Below, one piece after another: positions 1 to 10,648 of a DNA stretch of 64,000 nt. This DNA comes from Chloroflexota bacterium. GTDB taxonomy: Bacteria; Chloroflexota; UBA11872; VXOZ01. Both the position numbers and the translations under genes were made by a program. The notes beneath the pieces are model-generated. The model made no database searches. It saw only the letters and a list, made by a program, of their open reading frames with translations, and had not been told where the DNA came from. Within the stretch, counting starts at the first letter, position 1. Each line of letters starts with the position of its first letter. The DNA lies in the NCBI GenBank assembly GCA_963662335.2, contig CAXXVD010000003.1:448001-512000 (forward strand), read 5' to 3'.

Positions 1-249
1 GCGTCCATCGAGAGACTCGACGGCTGGCCGGCGCGTGTATGCGGCGGTGGCCGGCGCGGCACGGCGTTGCGGCCGGAGCCAAGCGCCGGCCGGCTCCACA
101 GGCACCAACGCGCGCCGCCGAGACGCCTTGAGCGCCGTCCGCTATCATAGCGGTAACGTCAGAGGCCTAGACATTGCGGGCGCTGCTTTGGGCAAGACGA
201 ATGCTGCCCAGCGCACGGCTTCGCCATCGAGTGTACGTGCAAAAGACTC

Positions 250-1023
250 ATGCTCACCACACGCATCATCCCCTGTCTGGACGTGCATCGCGGCCGCGTG
301 GTGCGGGGCCAGCAGTTTTCGGCTGATAAGGACGCCGGCGATCCCATCGAGTTGGCCGTGCGCTACAACGAGCAGAGCGCCGACGAACTGGTCTACTACG
401 ACATTACGGCCTCGGCGGAGGAGCGCGGCATCTTCCAGGACCTGGTGGAGCGCACCGCCGACCAGCTTTTCATTCCGCTCACGGTCGGCGGCGGCATCCG
501 CACGCCCCAGGACATGCGCCGCATGTTGCACGCCGGCGCGGACAAGGTCTCGATCAACACGGCGGCGGTGGAGAATCCCGACCTGATCAACGCCGGGGCC
601 GAGGGCTTCGGCAGCCAGTGCACGGTGCTCTCCATGGACGTGAAGCGCGTGCCCCAGGCCGACGGCACCCGCAAGTGGCACGTCTTTACCCACGGCGGCC
701 GCCGCCAGACGGCCGGCGAGGCGGTGCCGTGGGCCGTCGAGGGCGTGGAACGCGGCGCCGGCGAGATCGTGGTCAACAGCATCGACGCCGACGGCACCCT
801 GGCCGGCTACGACCTGGAACTCCTGGCGGCGGTCTGCGCCGCGGTGGACGTGCCGGTGATCGCCAGCGGCGGCGGCGGCACGCTCGACCACCTCTTCGAC
901 GCGCTGGACAAAGGCCGCGCCCACGCGGTGCTCGCCGCCTCGATCTTCCACTACGAGCACTTCACCGTGCGGGAGGTGAAGGAATACCTGGCGGCGCGGG
1001 GCATCCCGATGCGGCTGAATTAG
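250..1023 (+). CDS. hisF: Imidazole glycerol phosphate synthase cyclase subunit
   Basis: [48 protein letters not shown] and LAASIFH motifs. Confidence 0.97.
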   Translation: MLTTRIIPCLDVHRGRVVRGQQFSADKDAGDPIELAVRYNEQSADELVYYDITASAEERGIFQDLVERTADQLFIPLTVGGGIRTPQDMRRMLHAGADKVSINTAAVENPDLINAGAEGFGSQCTVLSMDVKRVPQADGTRKWHVFTHGGRRQTAGEAVPWAVEGVERGAGEIVVNSIDADGTLAGYDLELLAAVCAAVDVPVIASGGGGTLDHLFDALDKGRAHAVLAASIFHYEHFTVREVKEYLAARGIPMRLN

Positions 1024-1052
1024 GCCGGCGTAGCGCGCGCGAGTGAGCGCGC

Positions 1053-2066
1053 TTGCCTTTTCAACGCAAGCCTGTGGAGAAGAGCATGGCGGCAAACATC
1101 CTCATTCGACCGTACAACCCCAATCTCGACACGCGGGCATTGCTGTCGCTCTGGCAAGCGGCGCTCGGCGCCACGTGGCCCATGCGAGACGACCTCTTGC
1201 GGCGGCTGCTTACCGACCACCGCTTCTATCGCGCGGACGATCATCTGGTGGCGGTGGCAGGCGAGCGGCTCGTGGGGTTCGTGGGCACGCAGGTGGACCG
1301 CGGCGGGGAAGAAACAGCGAAGGGAAGTGGAGGCATCTCGGTGGTGCTCGTGCATCCTAAGTGGCAAAGGCAGGGCATCGGCGCGCGGCTGCACAAGGCG
1401 GCGCTAAAGCACTTGCGAAACGAGGGCGTGAGCGGCTTGCGTCTCGGCGGCGGCGGCGCGTACCGCTTCTGGCCGGGGGTTCCGACCGATCTGCCGGGGG
1501 CGTACGCGTTCTTCAGCGCGTGCGGTTGGCCGCTGGAACCGGCGCAGCGTTCACGAGATCTGGTGCGCGACCTGCGCGGCTTCCGCGTGCCGACGGCCAT
1601 GCGCGCGCGGCTTTCGCAGGAAGGCGTAATTGTACGCCCGGCGCGGGAAGAAGAGGTTGACGACGTGCTTGCGTTCGAGTGGGAGCACTTTCCCGGCTGG
1701 GCCGCCGGCTTCGTCTACATGGCGGAACTGGGCGATTTCCAGAATATGCTCGTCGCTTTCGACGCGGACAAGGGCATCGTCGGCACGCTCATGCTGCACA
1801 CGCCGTCGTCGCGCTGGCTGGCGGCCAACATTACGTGGAAGACATTGCTGGGCGACAGCTTGGGCGGCATGAGCGCCGTGGGCGTGGCGGCCAGCGAGCG
1901 GGGGCGCGGCATCGGCATCGGCATGGTGGCGATTGGCTCAGAAGTCTTGCGGGAGCGCGGCGTCGGCAATTGCCACATCGATTGGACGAACATCGTCGAA
2001 TTCTACGGCAAGCTGGGCTACCGGGTCTGGCGCGAATACTGGATGAGCACGCGGACGCTGTCCTGA
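1053..2066 (+). CDS. Tandem-domain GNAT N-acetyltransferase
   Basis: Two acetyl-CoA-binding motifs (VHPKWQRQGIG; VAASERGRGIG) and C-terminal FYGKLGY; start may be the ATG at about 1087. Confidence 0.85.
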   Translation: MPFQRKPVEKSMAANILIRPYNPNLDTRALLSLWQAALGATWPMRDDLLRRLLTDHRFYRADDHLVAVAGERLVGFVGTQVDRGGEETAKGSGGISVVLVHPKWQRQGIGARLHKAALKHLRNEGVSGLRLGGGGAYRFWPGVPTDLPGAYAFFSACGWPLEPAQRSRDLVRDLRGFRVPTAMRARLSQEGVIVRPAREEEVDDVLAFEWEHFPGWAAGFVYMAELGDFQNMLVAFDADKGIVGTLMLHTPSSRWLAANITWKTLLGDSLGGMSAVGVAASERGRGIGIGMVAIGSEVLRERGVGNCHIDWTNIVEFYGKLGYRVWREYWMSTRTLS

Positions 2067-2232
2067 GCCGGGAGCGCACCGGCGCAGCGCGGCGGGGCCG
2101 GCGCATGACGCAAGAGAGCGGGAAGCGCGTGAGAGACGCTCCCCGCTCCGCCAAAAGGTAGGTAGGCGCTAGTAGACATTCGGCGTGCCGCCGCGAGCGC
2201 AACGTCTGGCCTAAATGAAATCCGTCATTGTC

Positions 2233-2331
2233 TGTCATTCTGAGGAGCCCTTCGGCAAGCTCAGGATAAACTGCGCGACGAAGAATCTCGCGCGCGGGCA
2301 TTGTAGATTCCTCGCTGCGCTCGGAATGACA
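2233..2331. repeat. Palindromic repeat family A (TGTCATTCCGAGCGCAGCGAGGAATCT paired with AGATTCCTCGCTGCGCTCGGAATGACA), here with an embedded family D fragment
   Basis: Same arms, single or paired, at about 19864-19957, 21135-21161, 35069-35094, 36645-36719, 38870-38963, 42070-42096, 47902-48005, 50128-50231, 53053-53169 and 57125-57149, all intergenic. Confidence 0.9.
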
Positions 2332-2488
2332 GATCGGCGTTTCCACCAAGCAATCGGATTTGGGTCTACTGGCAATCGGCGATGGGTCTACTGATAGCGT
2401 GTTCCAAATGGCGCGGCGCGCCGTGTATAATGTTTGTGGTCAAGGCGGAAGCGGCCGGCGGCGCGCCGCAGTGAAAGGGAAGCGCAGC

Positions 2489-3232
2489 ATGGCACAAGTA
2501 GCGACGGCGGAGACGCGCACGCACCCATTGCGCACACTGACGGCGGCGGAACTTGAGACGTACCATGAGCAGGGCTTCATTATCCTGGAAAGTGTCTTTC
2601 CGCCTGAAGACGTGACGGCGCTCGATGACGAGATCGAGCGCCTCCTGCCGGAGCACGGCGACACGGCGGCGCACCGGCCGGGCTGGATCATGCAGTTGGG
2701 ACTGCGCTCGGAGCTTGTCAGCGACTTTGCCCGCGACGAACGTATTCTTTCCCTCATCGAGGACATCGTGAAACCGGGGATTGCCGTTCACTCGGCGAAA
2801 CTCGTCTCCAAAGTGCCCCATTCCGACATCGTCTGCCACTGGCACCAGGACGAGGCGTTCTACACACGGCCCGATGATCCAAAATCCTTCAGCGAGACGC
2901 GCATGTCGATATGGGCGCCGCTGCAGGACGCCACCGAAGCCAATGGCTGCATGTGGATCGTGCCGGGCAGCCACCGCTGGGGCCTGCAGGACTACGTGGT
3001 CATGGACTACGGCGCGTGCGTCCGCAGGCTCTCGCCCGAGGACTACGCCAACGAACACGCCGTGCCCGTGCCGCTGCCGGCCGGCTCGCTGCTGCTCTTT
3101 CACGGCCTGCTCTGGCATACGTCCAAAGGCAACCGCACCGGCCGCGTGCGCCGTGCTTTCATCGTCTCGTATCAAGAGGCCACTTCAATGGCCGACGTGG
3201 GCCAGCGGAAAGTCATCCGCCCCGCTCCTTAA
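2489..3232 (+). CDS. Phytanoyl-CoA dioxygenase (PhyH) family Fe(II)/2-oxoglutarate oxygenase
   Basis: WHQD, PLQDATEANGCMWIVPGSH, distal H in LWHTS and N-x5-RR; ATG at 2489 after an AAAGGGA RBS. Confidence 0.92.
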   Translation: MAQVATAETRTHPLRTLTAAELETYHEQGFIILESVFPPEDVTALDDEIERLLPEHGDTAAHRPGWIMQLGLRSELVSDFARDERILSLIEDIVKPGIAVHSAKLVSKVPHSDIVCHWHQDEAFYTRPDDPKSFSETRMSIWAPLQDATEANGCMWIVPGSHRWGLQDYVVMDYGACVRRLSPEDYANEHAVPVPLPAGSLLLFHGLLWHTSKGNRTGRVRRAFIVSYQEATSMADVGQRKVIRPAP

Positions 3233-3254
3233 GCAGGCGTAAAAGAACCAGTAT

Positions 3255-3290
3255 CCGTTCGTCCTGAGCCTGTCGAAGGACGAACGGATA
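3255..3290. repeat. Palindromic repeat family D (CCGTTCGTCCTGAGCCTGTCGAAGG, reverse CTTCGACAGGCTCAGCACGAACGG)
   Basis: Related copies at about 10341-10445, 20910-21038, 32395-32420 and 56786-57090. Confidence 0.8.
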
Positions 3291-3472
3291 CTGGTTCTTT
3301 TTCCAGGAGACTTTCCCGCTTCACCAAACCGGACAACATCTAAGTGCCTTCGCGTTGAGATTCCGCATGGCGCCGTTATCCGTAAAGCGCGGCGCGGGCG
3401 CACGGCCCACTCGGCATCGGCTTAGGGACTCATATACGTGACTAGCCGCGCTTTCTAGCGCGACACGCTCAT

Positions 3473-3742
3473 TTGATACGTGTATGCCATAAATCTAGTA
3501 GATTCACGTGGGCGCTACTGAAACGCGGGCACAAGACCAGGTACCGCCTGATGAGAGCCAAGCACTTGCACCGCTACGTCGGCGAATTCGTTGAGCGCGC
3601 CAACGCAATCGGTCTGACGACTCTGGAGTGTCTTGGTCAGGCCGTGCGGCAATTAGACGGTCATGCTCTTTCGTATCGGGTTCTGGCGCAGCCCCAACCT
3701 CTGCCGGCTCGAGAGTCAGCATCGACTTCACCATCGCCTTGA
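3473..3742 (+). pseudogene. IS1595-family transposase C-terminal fragment
   Basis: WALLKRG...KHLHRYVGEF..R.N...LSYRVL matches the IS1595 C-terminal pattern; the N-terminal and DDE parts are missing. Confidence 0.82.
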
Positions 3743-3765
3743 ACGTTGCATGTACCCGGCTCTTG

Positions 3766-3942
3766 CTATTCTCCCCACAGCCGCAAGGCGGCAAGCAGTA
3801 TCATGATGGTTGCTATCTGCCCGGCGGCTACAGTAGCAATAAACCACACCTTCATGCGCTCAATGTCTGCCTTCGTAGCCAGGTGCTCGTAGCCGCCCTC
3901 GATACGAGATATGCGTTGGCCGATCTCCCGTTCTACCGCCAT
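3766..3942 (-). CDS. 58-aa DUF1640/CCDC90-like coiled-coil plus C-terminal transmembrane microprotein (not in the ORF track)
   Basis: AAGGAGG RBS; MAVEREIGQRISRIEGGYEHLATKADIERMKVWFIATVAAGQIATIMILLAALRLWGE; paralog at 39489-39704. Confidence 0.75.
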   Translation of the reverse strand: MAVEREIGQRISRIEGGYEHLATKADIERMKVWFIATVAAGQIATIMILLAALRLWGE

Positions 3943-4163
3943 TGTGCAGCCTCCTTGCAGTTGTCCGTGTCAAGTCTATGATACACCAATCGCGCCACAG
4001 TTAGTCAAGCCACGCGAGCAAGCGAACTTGTGGGGGAGCATCCGTGTCCCCTTGTCGCTCGCGTTGGCGCTAACTGTGGCTAGTTTCCACCCATACGCTT
4101 GGCAAGGGTGCTGTCGATGCGACCTCCGTATCAGAAGTTGGCATCGCTCTTGGCACTGTGGCC

Positions 4164-4334
4164 ATGATAGCGATTCCCAGCGCAGTTTTCGGCGGGATGG
4201 GACTTGCGTTTTTCAGGTTGGTATGGACAGGCGCGTTGCTGACCTGGCTGATCATTGGCGAAGTACCCTGGGTCTTCGTTTGTGCACAATTTGCCGTGTT
4301 CGGCAGCTTCGTTCTTTACAGCATTCTCTATTGA
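4164..4334 (+). CDS. Small hydrophobic ORF or membrane-protein fragment (IS passenger)
   Basis: Frame open from about 4074; strongly hydrophobic (MIAIPSAVFGGMGLAFFRLVWTGALLTWLIIG...); no clear RBS. Confidence 0.35.
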   Translation: MIAIPSAVFGGMGLAFFRLVWTGALLTWLIIGEVPWVFVCAQFAVFGSFVLYSILY

Positions 4335-4419
4335 AATAAGGATTGATGGGTTAGAGAAAGGATACCGGAGCGAAGCCAGCAGGCGATAGGCGGCTAGTCA
4401 CGTGTATGAGTCCCTCGGT

Positions 4420-5204
4420 TTAGTCCCACCGGAAGAAGCGCACGCTCGCGACGACGCAGACCGCGCCTATTGCTCCCAGGTAGGCAAAGGAGACCCAGAC
4501 GGGCACGCCGATCGTCGTTTCCGTCTCCCACGTCGCGCCCAGCCAGAGGAACGTGAGCAGGTCGTAGGCGTGCGTCAGCGGCAGCCAGTCGCCCACCAGT
4601 TGCAGCGCCTCGGGGAACGCCTGCCTGGGACCGAACGCCCCGCTCAGCACCAGCATGGGCGCGAACAGCACCAGCCCCAGTCCCAGGCCCGTGCGCGTAC
4701 TGCGGATGCGGGCAGTGACGGCCGTCCCGAAAGCGGCAAACGCCACGTACGACAAGACTATTGCCAGCGCCACCAGCGCCGCGTTGCCCCCGAAGCGAAT
4801 GTCGAATACCAACCAGCCCACGACAAGCATCAGCGCCAGAGAGGCCACGACGATCGCCGCGCCCACCGCCAACGGCGCGATGATGAGCATCAATGGCGGC
4901 ATGGGCGTCACCCGGTAGCGCCGGAAGATGCCGTGTTGGCGAAACTCCACCAGCGTCTGCGGCAGCGAGATAATGCCAAATGCCGCCGTCACCCAGGCGA
5001 TGTTGCCGGCGAGCAGGACGTCCCGCACGTGGAACAAATCGGCGCTGCCGTCGTCTCGTTCCACCGGAATCTCGATGACGCCGACCGAGAATCCCAGGGC
5101 GAGGAAGACCGCCAACGGCAGAATTATCGACATGAACATGGCGCCGGGTTCACGCAGCGCCAGCAGCAGTTCGGTACCAATCAGCCGGCGCAGGGCCGTG
5201 GGGT

Positions 5205-5208
<4 letters not shown>
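4420..5208 (-). CDS. ABC-2 type exporter permease
   Basis: About six hydrophobic segments, LSGAFGP and LPLTH motifs; overlaps the ATPase stop by 4 bp. Confidence 0.92.
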
Positions 5209-6152
<944 letters not shown>

Positions 6153-6177
6153 GGGTTCACCTCGATTCCCACTGTAG

Positions 6178-6285
6178 TTTGTAATACAAAGTACTTTGCT
6201 CAACAATCTTACCGGCCGGCCTCAGTGCGAGTCAAGCCCGATGGCGGCGGATGGTTAAATAATGTAAACTAGTTTGCAGAGCAAA
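6178..6285. promoter_or_regulatory. Three TTTG-N5-CAA(A/T) palindromes, putative operators of the nearby winged-helix regulator
   Basis: TTTGTAATACAAA (6178), TTTGCTCAACAAT (6195) and TTTGCAGAGCAAA (6273) lie between the divergent operons. Confidence 0.6.
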
Positions 6286-6327
6286 GCTCACGGCACGTTC
6301 CGGCTCAGGCAACGGCAGGAGGCTCAA

Positions 6328-6960
6328 ATGCGAGAAGCGGACGGCGGCGCCTCTGCGCTCACACCGCAAGAGAGTTGGCAGACGATCCACGCAACGGTTG
6401 ACAAGGCGCGCAGTTCACTGTACGTCGCGGGCACGGCGACGATACTGCTCCTCTGGGGCGTTATCTCCGCGCTGGGAATCGCTGCGCAGTTCGCCGTCGC
6501 GACCCTGGCGCCGGATTTCGCGCTGCGCAACGTGTGGTCCTACGCGGCGCTGTGGGGCGCGCTGGTTGTAGCGGGGATGGCAGGCAGCGCCATCATCGGA
6601 CACCGCGCGGGCAAGCGGGAAACGGCCGGGGCCGCCGCGCACAACGCCGGCATCCGGGTCTTCCTCTACTGGCTCGCGGTCGCCTTGGCGGCGTTCTTCG
6701 TGCCGGCGGCGGCCGGCATGTGGACGGCAGAGGCCGCGGCCAACATACCGCGCGTCACCATCGGTATCGTGGCGCTGGGATACGTCCTGTTCGGCATCAT
6801 GCACCGCCCGGCAATAGCGGTCGCGGGCGTGGGCATCGCGGCGGCGTTCTACGTTCCCAGCTACCTGGCGGGCGCGGCCGCGCCAATGGTGACGGCGGCC
6901 GCGATGCTGGTCGTGGCGGCGCTGGGCGCGGCGTGGATTCGCAAGAGCGGCGTCCTGTGA
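6328..6960 (+). CDS. Integral membrane protein
   Basis: AGGAGG RBS; about six transmembrane segments; coupled by GTGA to the regulator. Confidence 0.8.
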   Translation: MREADGGASALTPQESWQTIHATVDKARSSLYVAGTATILLLWGVISALGIAAQFAVATLAPDFALRNVWSYAALWGALVVAGMAGSAIIGHRAGKRETAGAAAHNAGIRVFLYWLAVALAAFFVPAAAGMWTAEAAANIPRVTIGIVALGYVLFGIMHRPAIAVAGVGIAAAFYVPSYLAGAAAPMVTAAAMLVVAALGAAWIRKSGVL

Positions 6961-7268
6961 CCGACGACCTCGTGCTCGACGAGACCATCCACCAGTCCAC
7001 CCGGCTGCGCATCATGACGATGCTGGTGGCTGTGCCCGCTACGGACCGCCTCGCCTACGGGTTCATCCAGCAAACGCTCGCCCTGACCGGCGGCAATCTG
7101 ACCTCCCACCTGCGCAAGCTCGAAAACGCCAATTATCTGATCATCACGAAAGAGTTTCACGAATCCAAGCCGCGCACGTGGGTACAGGCGACGCCGGCGG
7201 GACGCCGCGCGTTCGCCGAGTATCTTGCCAACCTGGAGAAGGCGCTGGACTGGCGGCCGGGCGCATAG
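6957..7268 (+). CDS. Winged-helix transcriptional regulator (MarR/ArsR-like, HTH_34 type)
   Basis: LDETIHQSTRLRIM, LTGGNLTSHLRKLE and KPRTW...TPAGR. Confidence 0.9.
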   Translation: MTDDLVLDETIHQSTRLRIMTMLVAVPATDRLAYGFIQQTLALTGGNLTSHLRKLENANYLIITKEFHESKPRTWVQATPAGRRAFAEYLANLEKALDWRPGA

Positions 7269-7284
7269 ACGCGCGGCCGCGCGC

Positions 7285-8442
7285 TTAGTCTTTCAGCCAG
7301 TGGTCGAGGAATTGCACCGAGCGCAACTGTGCGGTGTCCTCGCCCGGCTCGATCTCGTGGCCGCCTTCGTGGACGTGGATGGCGCATTTCTCGTCTATCC
7401 CTAGGCGTTCATAGATCGCCGCTACCTCGGCAAAGGCCTCTTCCGCCAGTTTCCAATACACCGCGCCGTCGTGCTTGCCCTCCTCCACCATGAACGCGCG
7501 CGGGCAGATCAAGGAGGCGATGTCGCTGTCGGCGAACTCGTGGAGATGAGCGTACAGCTTGTCCTCCTCCACCGTGAGGGCGAAGGGCCGGTAGTGTTCC
7601 GAGGGGATCACCTGCTTCTGGTAGCGTTCGTTGAACCAGGCCGTGCTCACCACCGCTTGCAGCCGGGTATCGAGCGCGCCCAGCCAGAGGCCGGCTTGTC
7701 CGCCCTGGGACTTGCCGTAGAAGCCGATGCGGCCGCGCGCCACCTGCGGCAGGCTTGCCAGCAGGTCCACGCCCCGCGAGAGGGCAAACATCTCGACGCC
7801 AAAGAGGTCCATGCCGATGGTACGGCAGAGGCGGTTGAGGTACATGCGGGCGTGGGGTTGGCCGCTCTTGAGTTCTTGCAGTTTGGGAGCAAAGCGTCCG
7901 GCCAGTTTGTCCGGCTCGAAGCCGGTCACCATGCGCGTGGCGAGCACGGTGTAGCCGTGCCGCGCCAGCCGCCCGCCGATGCGGTGGTAGGTGCTATCGA
8001 TGCCGGCGCGTTCCGATTCGGTGAAGCCGCAGGCGACTTCAGGGACGCCGTAGATGCCAATCTGCAGGATGAGACCCGGAAACGGCCCGCTGCCGTGGGG
8101 CGTGAGCAGCAGCGCGTCGGTCTCAATGGTGTCGAATACGCGGTAGTGCGCCCGCTCGACGCGGAAGTCGCGGGTCTCGGCCAGCGGCTCGAGGCGCAGG
8201 TGGAGGTCCTGCCGCTCCCACGGCCAGCCGCCCAGGCTCTCCAAGAAGTGCTGGCGGTTGGGTTCCACCGACCGCGCATAGGCGTCCAGGCCGGAGAAAT
8301 CGCGGTTCCAGTAGCGCCCGCGCGTCTCGTAGCGTTCCTTGACGTAGCGCAGCAGGTACTCCTCGTACTGCGCGAACAAGCGCTGCTGGCGGGGATTGAC
8401 GTCCGGGATGCCGAGAACGGGCCAATCGTCGTAGTAGGCCAT
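7285..8442 (-). CDS. Alpha/beta hydrolase (dienelactone hydrolase/esterase-like)
   Basis: Nucleophile elbow GKSQGG, SLICPR, GKHD and HEGGHE. Confidence 0.85.
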   Translation of the reverse strand: MAYYDDWPVLGIPDVNPRQQRLFAQYEEYLLRYVKERYETRGRYWNRDFSGLDAYARSVEPNRQHFLESLGGWPWERQDLHLRLEPLAETRDFRVERAHYRVFDTIETDALLLTPHGSGPFPGLILQIGIYGVPEVACGFTESERAGIDSTYHRIGGRLARHGYTVLATRMVTGFEPDKLAGRFAPKLQELKSGQPHARMYLNRLCRTIGMDLFGVEMFALSRGVDLLASLPQVARGRIGFYGKSQGGQAGLWLGALDTRLQAVVSTAWFNERYQKQVIPSEHYRPFALTVEEDKLYAHLHEFADSDIASLICPRAFMVEEGKHDGAVYWKLAEEAFAEVAAIYERLGIDEKCAIHVHEGGHEIEPGEDTAQLRSVQFLDHWLKD

Positions 8443-8559
8443 GGGGGGAGAATCTCCTGTTGCTATTGCTGGGGACTTGCGGCCTGCGGCGAATCAGCCG
8501 GCCGCTTCCGAGTCAGGACGCATTTGGCTCTTTGCGCGTCAGTCGAGGCGGCCGCCGGC

Positions 8560-8865
8560 TCAAGCGGGCTGATAGCGCTCGACTCTGATCTCGTCGGCCC
8601 GGGCGCGCATTTGCGCGGCATCATGCCAGGCTTGCATGCGCAGCAGCATATCTATGCTTACGCCGAACGCCTTCTCGAGCCGCAGCGCCATTTCGGGTGA
8701 CAGCGCCGCGTTGCCGTTCAGCAGGTCTGAGAGCGTGGCGCGCCGGACGCCCAGGATGCCGGCGGCCTTGGCCACGTTCAGCCCCAACACCTCGATGATC
8801 TCCGCGCGAATGAACTCCCCTGGATGCGAAGGGGTCATTTGTACCTTGATACTGCCGTCCTTCAT
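8560..8865 (-). CDS. higA: HigA-family antitoxin (no adjacent toxin gene)
   Basis: PSHPGEFI, helix-turn-helix, LSPEMALRLEKAFG and LRMQAWHD. Confidence 0.92.
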   Translation of the reverse strand: MKDGSIKVQMTPSHPGEFIRAEIIEVLGLNVAKAAGILGVRRATLSDLLNGNAALSPEMALRLEKAFGVSIDMLLRMQAWHDAAQMRARADEIRVERYQPA

Positions 8866-8870
8866 CAGTT

Positions 8871-10286
8871 CTATCCCCCCGCCGCGATGCCGCTCAATCC
8901 CGGCTGCACCATCTTGGCCGGGTCCAGGGCTTCATCCAACTGCTCGTCGGTAAGGCCGGTGAGTGCTTGCGCCACCTCGCGCACGGTCTTGTTTTCCGCA
9001 TACGCGGTCTTGGCGATCACGGCGGCTTGATCGTAGCCCACCAACGGGGCCAGGGCCGTGGCGGTCATGAGGCCGCGTTCCACCGTGGCGGGGCCGTGCG
9101 CCGTGGCCTGGATGCCGCTGACGCACTGGTCGGCAAAGTTCGCCGCCGCGTTGCTGAGCAGACCGATGGGCCGCAGCACGTTGTAGGCCGCCACCGGCAG
9201 CATGGTGTTCAGTTCGAAGAACCCCCACTGGCCGGCGACCGTCACCGCATGGTGGTTGCCCATGGCCTGGGCGCAGACCTGGATGACCGATTCGGGAATG
9301 ACCGGATTCACCTTGCCGGGCATGATGCTGCTGCCGGGCTGCACCTCCGGCAGCAGCAGTTCGCCAAGGCCGGCGCGGGGGCCGGAACCCAGCCAGCGAA
9401 TATCATTGGCAATCTTCAGCAGCGCCACGGCGACGGTGTTCAACATGCCGCTGGTCATCACCATGGTATCGATGGCGCTCTGGGCCTGGAAGTGGTTCTC
9501 GGTCTCGCGGACGCGGCAGCCGGTTGCCGCGCGCAGCCTGGCGCAAACCAGGCGCGCGAACTGGGGATGGGCGTTGATGCCGGTGCCGACGGCCGTGCCG
9601 CCCAGCGCCAGTTCACCCAGCCAGTCCTCGGCGTGGCGCAGGTGTTTTATAACGCGCTCGATCTGGCCGGCGTAGCCTTGGAACTCCTGTCCCAGGCGGA
9701 TGGGCGTGGCGTCCTGCAGGTGCGTGCGCCCGGTCTTGATGATGGGCATGAATTCTTCGGATTTGGCAACCAAGGCCCGCTGTAGGTGCGCCAAAGCCGG
9801 TATCAGGTCTTCCCGGATGCCCAGGAGCGCCGAGAGATGCATCGCCGCCGGAATCACGTCGTTGGACGACTGGCAGACGTTCACGTGGTCGTTGGGATGC
9901 ACCGTGCGCGACCCGCGCGCTTCGCCGAGAATCTCCGCCGCCCGGTTGGCGATGACCTCGTTGGCGTTCATGTTCGTGGAGGTGCCGGAGCCGGTCTGGA
10001 AGACGTCGAGCACGAATTCGCCGTCCAGCGCGCCGTCCGCCACTTCCCCGGCTGCCTGGATGATAGGGCCGGCCAGCGTCTCGTCGAGCAAGCCCAGTTC
10101 CCGGTTGGCCGCCGCCGCCTGCTGCTTGATGAGGCCGAGCGCCTGGATGAAGCGGCGCGGAAAGCGCAGGTCGCTGATAGGGAAATTCAGCACGGCCCGC
10201 TGGGTGGACGCGCCGTAGTAGGCGTCGGCGGGCACCTGCATGTCGCCCATCGAGTCGCGCTCGGTGCGGGTTTCCTCTTGTGCCAT
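8871..10286 (-). CDS. fumC: Class II fumarate hydratase
   Basis: ERDSMG, QTGSGTSTNMNANE, GRTHLQDATP and GSSIMPGKVNP; ATG at 10286 (the longer ORF start lies in a repeat). Confidence 0.95.
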   Translation of the reverse strand: MAQEETRTERDSMGDMQVPADAYYGASTQRAVLNFPISDLRFPRRFIQALGLIKQQAAAANRELGLLDETLAGPIIQAAGEVADGALDGEFVLDVFQTGSGTSTNMNANEVIANRAAEILGEARGSRTVHPNDHVNVCQSSNDVIPAAMHLSALLGIREDLIPALAHLQRALVAKSEEFMPIIKTGRTHLQDATPIRLGQEFQGYAGQIERVIKHLRHAEDWLGELALGGTAVGTGINAHPQFARLVCARLRAATGCRVRETENHFQAQSAIDTMVMTSGMLNTVAVALLKIANDIRWLGSGPRAGLGELLLPEVQPGSSIMPGKVNPVIPESVIQVCAQAMGNHHAVTVAGQWGFFELNTMLPVAAYNVLRPIGLLSNAAANFADQCVSGIQATAHGPATVERGLMTATALAPLVGYDQAAVIAKTAYAENKTVREVAQALTGLTDEQLDEALDPAKMVQPGLSGIAAGG

Positions 10287-10527
10287 GTACGATCCTTTCG
10301 TTAATCTCAATAGGCTTACTCTGAAAGTAGCCTGACCAAGCCGTTCGCCCTGAGCCGGGTCGAAGGGTGAACGGCGGAGGAAGCGGGTCAAGTTCTCCCA
10401 CACGCCTCTCTCCGTTCATACTTCGACACGCTCAGCACGTACGGAGAGTGGCGCGTTCGTTTTCATTCCCTTGTGCGGCCGGCGGGCGGCCATGGTGATT
10501 GCCATGGCAATAGCGCACCGGCCTCCG

Positions 10528-10597
10528 CCATTCCCGCGTACGCGGGAATCCATCTTCGTCTCGCACCCAGTGGATTCCCGCTTTCGCGGCAATGACG
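10528..10597. repeat. Palindromic repeat family B (GTCATTCCCGCGAAAGCGGGAATCC-like), paired
   Basis: Related copies at about 14749-14774, 17691-17716, 28357-28425, 36853-36879 and 53284-53309. Confidence 0.85.
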
Positions 10598-10648
10598 GGT
10601 AGAGACCTTCATGCCGTTCATCTCGATGCTAGCTTCTCCGCCGGCCGC

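Larger units (their letters stand above)
3425..4414 (+). mobile_element. Non-autonomous IS1595-family derivative carrying passenger DNA
   Basis: 25-bp terminal inverted repeats (3425-3449 and 4390-4414, one mismatch); flanking 8-bp duplication TCGGCTTA/TCGGTTTA; internal transposase C-terminal remnant. Confidence 0.88.

Noticed and set aside
1-150. End of an upstream his gene
   Set aside because: The frames I translated gave no recognisable protein
250-1023. Genome-wide reassignment of AGC/AGU to Arg, prompted by the GCU tRNA
   Set aside because: Conserved serines in HisF (NSID, IASGG) are encoded by AGC
10287-10403. N-terminal extensions of fumC and of the M55 peptidase (34952-34981) in the ORF track
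   Set aside because: They are read-through into palindromic repeats; family-typical starts lie downstream
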